Source of the DNA: Candidatus Parcubacteria bacterium
GTDB taxonomy: Bacteria > Patescibacteriota > Minisyncoccia > Phycocordibacterales > JAKAEA01
DNA: 64,000 nt
NCBI GenBank assembly: GCA_019661945.1
Contig: JAIFWI010000001.1
Span: forward strand, 6,342-70,341
Direction of reading: 5' to 3'
A program made the translations under genes and the position numbers. The notes under the pieces were generated by a model. The model made no database searches, was not told where the DNA came from, and saw nothing but the letters and a program-made list of their open reading frames with translations. Position 1 is the first letter of the stretch; each line of letters begins with the position of its first letter. Below, one piece after another: positions 55,693 to 64,000 of this stretch.

Positions 55693-56194
55693 TTTCCCTT
55701 CGAACCTCCGTATACTCAGGTAGCTCTTCGATACTACTTATACCAAGAAATGACAAAAGTTCAAAGGTCGGTTTATACAAAAAGCTTCGTTCATCTTTAG
55801 GATTAGTGACTTTTTCAACCAAACCTCTGATCAGAAGGTTACGCAAAATGAAATTTGAATTTACTCCGCGGATATAATCAATATCACGCCGCACTATCGG
55901 CCCACGATAGAGAATGATGGATAGAGTTTCAAGTCCGGCTTTGCCCAAGTCTTTGACCAATTCTTCTTTAATCAGTTTTTCAATAAGACTTCCCATATCA
56001 CTTCGGGTACTCATCATGACCTCTTCATCTTTAAATATGAGTTGGAGTCCTCGGCCTTCAAGTTTTTGACCTAGTGCTGTTAAGCCCTCCTTAATTTCTT
56101 CTTCAGTTTTATGAAGAATTGCAGCGAGCTTTTCTATCTTGAGGGGTTCTCCTTTCCAAAAGAGAATGGCTTCAATCTGAGCATCAAGTGACAT
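55655..56194 (-). CDS. scpB: Segregation and condensation protein B
   Basis: IEAILFWKGEPLKIEKLA...tandem wHTH ScpB pattern; 179 aa. Confidence 0.85.
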   Translation of the reverse strand: MSLDAQIEAILFWKGEPLKIEKLAAILHKTEEEIKEGLTALGQKLEGRGLQLIFKDEEVMMSTRSDMGSLIEKLIKEELVKDLGKAGLETLSIILYRGPIVRRDIDYIRGVNSNFILRNLLIRGLVEKVTNPKDERSFLYKPTFELLSFLGISSIEELPEYTEVRREIETHEHAQQSHE

Positions 56195-56224
56195 CTATAT
56201 ATTGTAATGCAAAATAAAGCTTTT

Positions 56225-57262
56225 TTAAAGCGGTATATCGGTCTTTACTTTCTTCATTCTAGCCCTAGATTTTTTAAGACTTTCCAAACATAAAGCTGCA
56301 CTGCTTTCTATATCACTCATATTTCCAAGAAGTCTAAAACTATCTTTTCCGAATGTCTCTTCAATCAATCTTGCAATATCTAATATTTGACCAGTAAAGT
56401 GTGCTTTAAGAAATAAATTGAATATCTCTTCAGAAGATGAATAATCATGTGGAAATTCTTCTACTATTTCACCTATAACATAATCTAAGACTCTTCGCTG
56501 ATTAATGTAGACAATCATTTCGTATTCACTTGAATTTGTACCAACCCAAATTAAATCTTTCTCATTAATATTTTTCTCTTTCGCAATTTCTTGTTTTAAT
56601 TTCATTGCTTCTTCTGTTTCTAGACGTCTTTTTTCTTCAGCAAATATTGGTAGTTCTAGCATTCGATGTAGCGATCTCGACTCTTGGGTAGATATAATTG
56701 CTTCTGTTAATCCTTTGAAATGTGCATGCTGTAAATCTTGTTTTTCCAATGCCTGGAGTGAATAAATGTTTATGCCAGATCGGTAAAGTGTAGTATTGGC
56801 TTCATCTTTTCCCTGTTCGTGTTTAACTTCAAATGATGTATGTCCTTTTAGATGGAGCATCTCATGAAAAGCAGTACTTCCAAAATGAATACTGTTACCT
56901 CTAAGCTCTGCAGCATTAAAAAGAACACCTTGATTTGTTATAAACGCTGAAGCGTTACTTTCATCATCACACGCTTTTTGATATATTTCGGGTGGTAGAA
57001 GATGGAAGTTATCAGTTGGTATATCATATGGTTCTACTCCTCCGACTTCCTGCATTAACCTATTTGTTTCCTGGTTTGCAAAATCGATAAGAGCCACCTC
57101 CTCGAGAGATTTAGGGTATTCAAATTTTTTTAATGCCTTTTGCTCTCGTTCTGCTAGAGAAGGAAAATGATCAAAAAGATTCTCAGCTATTTTCTTCTTC
57201 TCCATGTTTTTAACCTCCTCAGAGGCATTTCCTATTATCCGTATATCAGGTCCTTTTTCCAT
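56225..57262 (-). CDS. Hypothetical protein with HExxH motif (possible ImmA/IrrE-like metallopeptidase) inserted between scpA and scpB
   Basis: TAFHEMLHLKGH; AT-rich, 345 aa. Confidence 0.45.
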   Translation of the reverse strand: MEKGPDIRIIGNASEEVKNMEKKKIAENLFDHFPSLAEREQKALKKFEYPKSLEEVALIDFANQETNRLMQEVGGVEPYDIPTDNFHLLPPEIYQKACDDESNASAFITNQGVLFNAAELRGNSIHFGSTAFHEMLHLKGHTSFEVKHEQGKDEANTTLYRSGINIYSLQALEKQDLQHAHFKGLTEAIISTQESRSLHRMLELPIFAEEKRRLETEEAMKLKQEIAKEKNINEKDLIWVGTNSSEYEMIVYINQRRVLDYVIGEIVEEFPHDYSSSEEIFNLFLKAHFTGQILDIARLIEETFGKDSFRLLGNMSDIESSAALCLESLKKSRARMKKVKTDIPL

Positions 57263-57279
57263 GGTTAAAGCATTATTAG

Positions 57280-58014
57280 TTAATTATATCTCGGCACGCT
57301 TACATTCTGGGTCTCGATATGAATGTCATCAGAATCTTCATGTTGCACGGCATCGACGACGCCTTGTTTTACAAGTTCGAGCATCGCCAAGAAACTAACA
57401 ATAACATGAACTTTCTCTTTTTTCCCTACTCCGGCAAAGTCCTTGAAGCTCATCTTCATACTTGTTTTAATTCTATCTGTCAGACTCTCAATCATATCTT
57501 CAAGAGAGACAACTTGTCTAACTACTGCTTTTGGCAATACTTCTTTCTTCGGCAGATTGACTAGCACAGACTTAATTGAAGTTAGAAGATTTGGTATTGT
57601 CATTGATTCGTCTGGAGAAAAAACTGGAGTGATTATTCGTGATGAATTTTTTTCGAAACTAATGTTTTTACCAAAACGCTCGTGCACATGAGTACTTAAA
57701 TCACGAATTCGCTGATATAATTTCAACCGCTCTTCCAAATCATGAATACTTGTTTCTTCTTCTTCGGTTAAATCAAGTGTTGGCAAAAGAGATTTGGATT
57801 TAATAAGAAGCAAGGTTGAAGCTATCAAAATAAACTGGGCACTTTCGGCAATGGGAAAATTACCCATCTCTTTTGTATGGGCAATAAAATCATCAGCTAC
57901 TTTTGAAAGTGATATATCATTAATAAAAAGCTTATGCTTTTCAATGAGATTAAGCAGCAGATCAAGCGGTCCTTCAAAGTGTTCTGTTTTAATTTTAAAA
58001 TCCTCTAGCGGCAT
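57280..58014 (-). CDS. scpA: Segregation and condensation protein A
   Basis: FEGPLDLLLNLIEKHKLFINDISLSKVADDF kleisin N-motif; start set to ATG 58014. Confidence 0.85.
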   Translation of the reverse strand: MPLEDFKIKTEHFEGPLDLLLNLIEKHKLFINDISLSKVADDFIAHTKEMGNFPIAESAQFILIASTLLLIKSKSLLPTLDLTEEEETSIHDLEERLKLYQRIRDLSTHVHERFGKNISFEKNSSRIITPVFSPDESMTIPNLLTSIKSVLVNLPKKEVLPKAVVRQVVSLEDMIESLTDRIKTSMKMSFKDFAGVGKKEKVHVIVSFLAMLELVKQGVVDAVQHEDSDDIHIETQNVSVPRYN

Positions 58015-58078
58015 AGAGCTATTATAGCAAAGAAAAAAGGACCGTTTCCGGTCCAGGTGTACATTTCGTTTCAACTTC

Positions 58079-59503
58079 CTACTTCTCGGCGTAGGCAAGC
58101 TTATTGCAGGCGATGTCCGCTAGAAGCGGTACATCGTAGCAGCGAGTTGCTTCTGCGAGCATCCAGATCTCCCGGCGCAGATCGCCAGAACTGGCGGGCA
58201 TAAAGAGATCATGGATATTGTCAGTGCCGATTGAAACCGGCACTCCGGCCTCAACAAGGCTAATGACCGGAACAATGGAGTTGTGGGTTGGGACAACTTC
58301 ATTGTCGAGCTGTTCCATGCTGATAGCCGCCGAAGGGCAGACAACAACCTTCAACCGGGCATTGACCATTCTGCGAATAATTCCATCACGGATGTGTTTC
58401 GGCTTGGCTGCCACCGAGATGGCATGCACAGCTGTGACGCGGCCTTGCAGACCGTGCTTCAGAGTCATATCAATGAGCTGTTCAGTTTCCCGCTCATCGG
58501 GATGATTTCGCTGGTCGACATGAGCATACACGGGCTTGCGGTATTCCCTGGCATAGGACATTACGAAATCCAAATGCTCTTCAGGGTGGGGGTTATCCCG
58601 CGACGGCAGGGCTCCCATGAAATCGGCTGGCTCAGATGCTCTCAGGTAGATCTCCCGGCTTTCCGGTTTAGTCAGTCCTTCAAGCGGCTGAATGCCGAAT
58701 TCAAGCCTGAATCTATCGGCGTATCGACGCTTCACATCGAGGGTAGCTTGGAGGACTCTGAAACCAACTGTTGTGTCGGCGTCAATGAATGTTCGACAGG
58801 TGTGAATGCCCTGAGCGATCATCCGATCAACGAAATGCGACATCCTGCGCACCAGGCCATCGTGGGTGTAGCCAAGCTTTACCTCACGGACAAGGTCCCA
58901 TTTGTGCGTCATTTTTGCATGACCGAGGGCGAAATGCTGACGACTGAGGGTACCGGCCCGATCGAGATGGGCATGATCGTTCCATAGCCCGCCGCGCTCC
59001 TTGACCAGCTCATCGAAGTAGGCCCAGAAGTCGTAATCGGCTGGCCCTACAACGCTCGGGCTCTCGGCGGCATGCTGCAACAAGCGTCGAATCGTCGCTA
59101 CTGACACATCCAGGTCGGTAAACACTGGAATGAGTCTTTCGGCAGCTAATGCTCTGATCTGCCTCGAGTCCGAACGTTGGTTGTCGTAGTCAGCATCACC
59201 GGTGAGGATGTTGATGACCAGATCGACAGTACCGTTCAGAATGAGACTCCTGGGATTTGGTTCGCAATCGTCGCTGATGCGGCAGACTGCTTCGTTCTTG
59301 ATCCCTCTCTCGTTCAGAAACCGGCTGGTGCCTTCCGTAGCGTAGAGCCTGACCCCCAGCTTGGCCAGCTCCTCAATGAGCGGTGCCAGGGCGGCCTTGT
59401 CTGCAGGACTTCCCGCGCTAATGAGGAACCCCCTAGCCTTGGTGCCATCCATCTTCATCTCGAGAGCCAGCAAGCCAAGATTCTCCTGGTTGAAATGCGT
59501 CAT
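58079..59503 (-). CDS. Fusion protein: N-terminal MGS-like domain + C-terminal amidohydrolase (cytosine-deaminase-like); GC-rich
   Basis: GFLISAGSPADKAALAPLIEELAKLGVRLYATEGTSRFL = MGS-like fold; amidohydrolase metal motifs NDHAHLD ... HAI ... IGTDNIHDLFMP. Confidence 0.55.
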   Translation of the reverse strand: MTHFNQENLGLLALEMKMDGTKARGFLISAGSPADKAALAPLIEELAKLGVRLYATEGTSRFLNERGIKNEAVCRISDDCEPNPRSLILNGTVDLVINILTGDADYDNQRSDSRQIRALAAERLIPVFTDLDVSVATIRRLLQHAAESPSVVGPADYDFWAYFDELVKERGGLWNDHAHLDRAGTLSRQHFALGHAKMTHKWDLVREVKLGYTHDGLVRRMSHFVDRMIAQGIHTCRTFIDADTTVGFRVLQATLDVKRRYADRFRLEFGIQPLEGLTKPESREIYLRASEPADFMGALPSRDNPHPEEHLDFVMSYAREYRKPVYAHVDQRNHPDERETEQLIDMTLKHGLQGRVTAVHAISVAAKPKHIRDGIIRRMVNARLKVVVCPSAAISMEQLDNEVVPTHNSIVPVISLVEAGVPVSIGTDNIHDLFMPASSGDLRREIWMLAEATRCYDVPLLADIACNKLAYAEK

Positions 59504-59642
59504 GCGAGTCCTTTCCCACGACTAATGTGTCGTGTATGCCTTGGTTTGTGAGGGAGAACGTTCTAAAGTTCATGTATATCATACTTGCATAAAATTTGCT
59601 AGTAAATAAAAAAACCGCACCACAACGTAGTACGGAATCAAT

Positions 59643-60617
59643 TTACGAAAACACATAATTACCTCGCTGGATGATGCGTTGTAAGTTGTGCGGACGCAGA
59701 AAGGCTGCAGCCCCGACACTGATCCCGTCTGCTCCAACATCCTTGAACTGCCCAACGTGATCAGGATGAGTGATCCCATTACCGGCAAAAACCGGCTTTG
59801 AAATTCTTAGTATCTTGAGCATCCAGATGTTGTTGAGTGAGAGCTCAAGACATGGTTCACCTGAACATCCACCACCGCCATATCTCCACAATGGTGATAC
59901 ACCATTTGAGAACAACTTGTAGCGTGTTTCTTCTGGGAGCTTGGCAAACGGGATGGTGTTTGACGGCGTGACTGCATCACAGTACGGACTGCGAGCAATG
60001 GCGCAAAGTGCTTCAGGATCAAAAAGCGGATCGGTCTTTACAACCAGTGGTATGCCAAGCACATTCGCTATTGCCAACATTTCATGCACTTCATCCACAA
60101 GCTCCTTGGGATCAAAGTGCAAGCCCACATTTGGACATGAAACGTTAATCTGCAGGCCGACATAGGGCACAGACTCACCCAGATACCAGTCGGCTAACTT
60201 AACAAATTGCCGAAGTTCTTCTAACCGCGCCTCACGCGTTTTTTCGACAGCCATGAATGACAGAAACATCATTTGGCCGTACTCAGCAGCGACATTCCAT
60301 TGCCGCCGCCTAAAAAGCTCTTCTGCTCCTGGACCTGAAAGGCCAACAGCATTGAGGGCGAAATTATGGATAGGATTCACGTAAATACAACGTGGAAGCA
60401 GGTCACGCGGTGTAATCCCATCCCGCAGAAATGGCATATTACCCTTGCGTGGTTCGAGAGTGGTTGTTCTCGCCGTAAAGACAGAGCCCTTGAAACCATA
60501 TTGGCCCAGAAGAACTGTCCTCAGAACTGGATGATACCAGTAGCCTTTGCCTAAAAATCCTCGAGCCCCAGATGCTGACCAAACCCTACCGACAGGCATT
60601 CCACGTAAACGCAGCAT
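59643..60617 (-). CDS. Dihydroorotate/dihydropyrimidine dehydrogenase-family flavoprotein (PyrD/PreA-like TIM barrel); GC-rich
   Basis: NAVGLSGPG, LQINVSCPN, GGGG...GAD motifs; start set to internal ATG 60617 (MLRLRGMPVGRVWSASG). Confidence 0.65.
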   Translation of the reverse strand: MLRLRGMPVGRVWSASGARGFLGKGYWYHPVLRTVLLGQYGFKGSVFTARTTTLEPRKGNMPFLRDGITPRDLLPRCIYVNPIHNFALNAVGLSGPGAEELFRRRQWNVAAEYGQMMFLSFMAVEKTREARLEELRQFVKLADWYLGESVPYVGLQINVSCPNVGLHFDPKELVDEVHEMLAIANVLGIPLVVKTDPLFDPEALCAIARSPYCDAVTPSNTIPFAKLPEETRYKLFSNGVSPLWRYGGGGCSGEPCLELSLNNIWMLKILRISKPVFAGNGITHPDHVGQFKDVGADGISVGAAAFLRPHNLQRIIQRGNYVFS

Positions 60618-60775
60618 GAGATTCTCCTTCGGCTTTTGCCGGGTGAATGTCAAACAGTCCAGATTATTTGTACCATATTTGAACACTCGAGCATATTTGA
60701 CAATACTATATTTATAATGTAGTTTAATGACTGGCAGAAGTTGAAACCCTAGTCCTCTAGCAGAAGGAGCTTCTC

Positions 60776-61267
60776 GTGAATCACCACTACCTGTACGGTC
60801 TGGCAACGGGAATCGGCCTGGCAATCTTGTTCCGGCTCGTCCGCGATCGGGGCCACGCCCTTTACGGGGTAACCGAGGGTCGGGTCCAGAAGGAGTTGAC
60901 GCGTATCGTCAGAAAGTACGCCCTGCTCCTACCGCTCAACAAGATCCATTCTGGCGGAACGCATCAGCAGGTCTTCGATGGCGGCACGGTCATCGCCCAC
61001 TTCGACAGCGACAGCGCAATCGCCGGCCTGCCAAGGAATGCCCGTTCATACGTCGTCTGGGGCAAAAAACGTCGCCGCAAGGCCGCAGAGGAACTCATGC
61101 ATAGCCTGTGGCACCTTGGCTACAATGCCACGATACACGAGCCCCTGCCGTTCCCCTCAGGGACATTCATCATGGTGAAGTCGAATGCCTTCATTGACAA
61201 CGCGATGGCCTTCCGGCCGCACTGGGTCAAGATGGCCATCCTCGACGCCAGAAGCAAGAAGAAGTAG
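60776..61267 (+). CDS. Hypothetical protein (163 aa, GC-rich)
   Basis: N-terminal TM; no family recognised; divergent from DHOD-like gene. Confidence 0.4.
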   Translation: MNHHYLYGLATGIGLAILFRLVRDRGHALYGVTEGRVQKELTRIVRKYALLLPLNKIHSGGTHQQVFDGGTVIAHFDSDSAIAGLPRNARSYVVWGKKRRRKAAEELMHSLWHLGYNATIHEPLPFPSGTFIMVKSNAFIDNAMAFRPHWVKMAILDARSKKK

Positions 61268-61325
61268 GCACTCGGATTTCAGATTTCGAAGCAGTTCAGC
61301 CGTCCACACCAGGACGGTTTTTTCT

Positions 61326-63134
61326 TTATACAGTTTCAGTATCTTTTAAAAATCCGCCAGCTTGAAGATTCCAGAGCTTGCGGTACAAACTATTTTCCTG
61401 TTCAAGGAGCGTATCATGGCTGCCCTCCTCCAAAACTTTACCGTCACTGATAACCACAATTCGATCCATTTTTCTAATTGTTGAAAGTCGGTGAGCAATA
61501 ACAATTGTTGTCTTGCCTTTCATCAAAGTATCCAAAGCATCCTGAATAAAACTTTCTGATTCAGAATCAAGACTTGATGTTGCTTCATCGAGAATGAGAA
61601 TTGGCGCATTTTTAAGCAAGGCTCGAGCAATAGCCACCCGCTGGCGCTCACCGCCTGAGAGTTTAATTCCCCGCTCGCCGACAAAGGTGTCGTATGCGAG
61701 CGGTAGATCTTTAACGAATTCATCACAGTGAGCAAGCTTAGCTGCAACAATGACTTCTTCGTCGGTAGCATCACGTCGGCCGTAGCGAATGTTTTCTTTT
61801 AACGTCCGGTGAAAAAGAATTGGATCCTGTGGCACGAGGCTAATATTTCCCCGCAGACTTTCTTGAGTGGCATATTTAATATCCTGGCCATCAATTAAAA
61901 TCGCGCCGCTTTCTGGATCATACAGACGCAATAAAAGCCGAACAAAGGTAGATTTACCTGCGCCAGATGGGCCAATCAGAGCCACTTTTTCACCAGGTTT
62001 AATAGCTAAATTAATATGATCAAGTACTCTTCGAGTTTCATTAAAACTAAATGTTAGTTCCTTGTATTCAATTTCACCCTTTTCGACATGTAATATTTTT
62101 GCGCCCGGCAGATCTTTAATCTCATGCGGTTCAGTCATAATATCTACCATTTCCTTTCCATCAGCATAACTCTCATATACAGCCCGAATAACTCGTGAAA
62201 ATCCCCACAATCGGTCACCTAAACCAAGAATATAAGCTTGAATCAATACGAACGTACCAACTGTAAAAATTTCCTGCTGCCAATAACGGATAGCATAGTA
62301 AAAGACAAAAAATTCAAGAATAAAAATAAGCGAGGCCTGAACACTATCAACAATAGCCGCAAGATTCCAGGCAAAGATAGATTTTTTAGCGTGATCATCA
62401 GTTGCCTTCCGAAATTCGCCTGACTCAAATTTTGTGCCTGTGAATAGCTGAACAATATTGCTATTTGTTATAACATCCGCAAGATAGCCTGTTACCTTTG
62501 AATCTGCAGTATTTGCGATGAGATCATATTTTGATTTATAGCGTGAAAAAAAGAGATTGAAAAGCAAGAAAAGAAGCGTCCAGACCAAAATTGCTCCGGC
62601 GAATGTTGGATTTATCCTCCAGACAACAATAACTACACCAATAATGTTAATAGTCAGAGGCAATATACTCCAGGTTATCTGATCAAGTAGTTTACCGAAA
62701 CCTCGGACATAACGATTTACTTTTTGGACCAATGCGCCGCCAAAATTATTTGAAAAGAACGAGTAGGAATGCTCTATGAGGTAATCAAAAGCTTTCTGCT
62801 TCATCCGAGCACCAGTCCAGCTTTGAAAGAGATTATCTGTGATGGTACCAATTCTAAATCCAAGCCAGAGAATTGCATTCAAGACCAAGACTTTTACTAT
62901 GATGTGTATAAGTTCTGGGGTTGCAGCTGCTTTATCTGTTGAACTAGAGATAATATCAAAGAATTGTTTGTATAATAGTGGATTCAATATCCTAACTAAA
63001 GCCGTAGATATGATACAAACAACAGTAATTGAATATAACCACCAATATGACTGACCGCCTTGCCAATATGATGAAATGACCTGCCGCATGCTGACATTTG
63101 GCAGTTTTTTTGTTGGAGGAGTAGGTTCGGACAT
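61326..63134 (-). CDS. ABC exporter, fused permease/ATP-binding protein (MsbA/MdlB-like)
   Basis: 6-TM N-domain; Walker A GPSGAGKST, signature LSGGERQRVAIARAL, Walker B ILILDEATSSLD. Confidence 0.85.
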   Translation of the reverse strand: MSEPTPPTKKLPNVSMRQVISSYWQGGQSYWWLYSITVVCIISTALVRILNPLLYKQFFDIISSSTDKAAATPELIHIIVKVLVLNAILWLGFRIGTITDNLFQSWTGARMKQKAFDYLIEHSYSFFSNNFGGALVQKVNRYVRGFGKLLDQITWSILPLTINIIGVVIVVWRINPTFAGAILVWTLLFLLFNLFFSRYKSKYDLIANTADSKVTGYLADVITNSNIVQLFTGTKFESGEFRKATDDHAKKSIFAWNLAAIVDSVQASLIFILEFFVFYYAIRYWQQEIFTVGTFVLIQAYILGLGDRLWGFSRVIRAVYESYADGKEMVDIMTEPHEIKDLPGAKILHVEKGEIEYKELTFSFNETRRVLDHINLAIKPGEKVALIGPSGAGKSTFVRLLLRLYDPESGAILIDGQDIKYATQESLRGNISLVPQDPILFHRTLKENIRYGRRDATDEEVIVAAKLAHCDEFVKDLPLAYDTFVGERGIKLSGGERQRVAIARALLKNAPILILDEATSSLDSESESFIQDALDTLMKGKTTIVIAHRLSTIRKMDRIVVISDGKVLEEGSHDTLLEQENSLYRKLWNLQAGGFLKDTETV

Positions 63135-63146
63135 TCACCTACTGTA

Positions 63147-64000
63147 CTACTTCGACAAAAGATTATCAATTCGATTGAGATCGCGGGGGAAGAGTGTCGC
63201 TTCTTTCACATTTTCGAGACTAAGAAGCTTTGCTGTAAGTCGTTCAAGACCCATACCGAAACCGCCGTGTGGAGGCATACCGTATTTGAAAGCCTGCAAA
63301 TAGAAACTAAATTTCTCAGGATTAAGCTTTTTCTTTTGCATTGAGGCAATGAGCATATCGTAGTCATGGATTCGCTGTGCACCAGTTGTTATTTCTACCC
63401 CACGGAATAAAAGATCAAAGCCTTTGGCATATCCCTGATCATTTTCATCTTCATATGTATAAAATGGCCGTTTTGTTATTGGAAAATGAGACACGAAAAT
63501 AAAGTCCGAATTCCAAGTCTTTTTTGAGTATTCACAAAGCCAACGTTCATGCTGCGGTTCGAGATCCGGAGCATTTTTTGGATCCTCACCAAATTCTTTT
63601 TTTATAATTTCCTGAGCTTCACGGAGTTTTAGTGTAGGAATTTTTTCAGGTACTTCAGGAATTTCTGCTCCAAGAAGTTTGAATTCAGCTGCATGCTTTT
63701 CTTTGAGCTCTTTCATAATGTATGCCAAGAGTTTATTTTCCATATCCATAACATCCGTATGATCTTTTATGAATCCCATTTCGATATCAAGACTGGTATA
63801 TTCATTAATATGACGCGAAGTGCTGTGTTTCTCAGCTCGATAGACATTACCAACAGCAAAAACACGCTCAAAAACGCCGACCATAATTTGCTTATAGAGT
63901 TGAGGACTTTGAGCTAAATGTGCAGTATGACCAAAATATTCAACATCAAATGAATTCGCTCCTCCCTCAGCATCTTCACCAATAAGTTTGGGAGCATTAA
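63147..64000 (-). CDS. aspS: Aspartyl-tRNA synthetase, archaeal/eukaryal type (class IIb), 5' end beyond window
   Basis: Motif 2 YRAEKHSTSRHINEYTSLDIEMGF, motif 3 PPHGGFGMGLERL, C-terminal FPRD; ORF continues past position 64000. Confidence 0.8.
   Translation of the reverse strand, partial: NAPKLIGEDAEGGANSFDVEYFGHTAHLAQSPQLYKQIMVGVFERVFAVGNVYRAEKHSTSRHINEYTSLDIEMGFIKDHTDVMDMENKLLAYIMKELKEKHAAEFKLLGAEIPEVPEKIPTLKLREAQEIIKKEFGEDPKNAPDLEPQHERWLCEYSKKTWNSDFIFVSHFPITKRPFYTYEDENDQGYAKGFDLLFRGVEITTGAQRIHDYDMLIASMQKKKLNPEKFSFYLQAFKYGMPPHGGFGMGLERLTAKLLSLENVKEATLFPRDLNRIDNLLSK

Noticed and set aside
60617-60824. 69-aa N-terminal extension of DHOD-like ORF overlapping the divergent gene 60776..61267
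   Set aside because: Homology to PyrD family begins at MLRLRGMPVGRVWSASG; extension would create a 49-nt head-to-head CDS overlap.
1-64000. CRISPR arrays, rRNA genes, transposases/integrases
   Set aside because: Scanned for regularly spaced direct repeats, rRNA-like conserved stretches and DDE/tyrosine-recombinase ORFs; none found in this window.

Overview
This 64 kb window is an AT-rich (~35-40% GC) bacterial chromosomal segment interspersed with GC-richer (~50-58% GC) genes. Gene content suggests a reduced-genome monoderm bacterium, possibly Patescibacteria/CPR-like: sortase, Cheo-box LexA, GH130/DUF377 and many small membrane proteins. Core genes present are dnaB (partial), cysS, ctpA-like S41 protease, rplI, rpmA, nrnA, gltX, a partial dcw cluster (dacA-like, mraY, ftsW, murG), scpA/scpB, msrA, a PadR-PspC envelope-stress module, an ECF sigma/anti-sigma/sortase cluster and an archaeal-type aspS (partial). 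The features that stand out are listed here and detailed in the findings. (1) A LexA-box-controlled minus-strand operon: lexA, small ORF, single-TM protein, DUF45/YgjP HExxH metallopeptidase, Y-family polymerase dinB. (2) An island-like stretch (32.7-37.4 kb) containing a GC-rich structured non-coding region, a non-canonical tRNA-like element, a Dam-family MTase with a small putative REase, and a tandemly duplicated module of small 2-TM protein genes with covarying terminators. (3) Two copies of a conserved 38-nt GC-rich hairpin core, each inserted at the centre of a different AT-rich perfect palindrome immediately downstream of a gene (REP-like terminator elements). (4) A CHRD / cytochrome-b5 / NOX-like ferric-reductase gene cluster. 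(5) GC-rich, probably laterally acquired genes: a lone large-type purL, a Tat-signal GH6 glycoside hydrolase inserted inside the dcw cluster, an HD-domain dNTPase-like gene, and an MGS-like::amidohydrolase fusion next to a DHOD/DHPD-like gene. (6) A phosphohexomutase split into two ORFs. No CRISPR array, rRNA or transposase genes were recognised.
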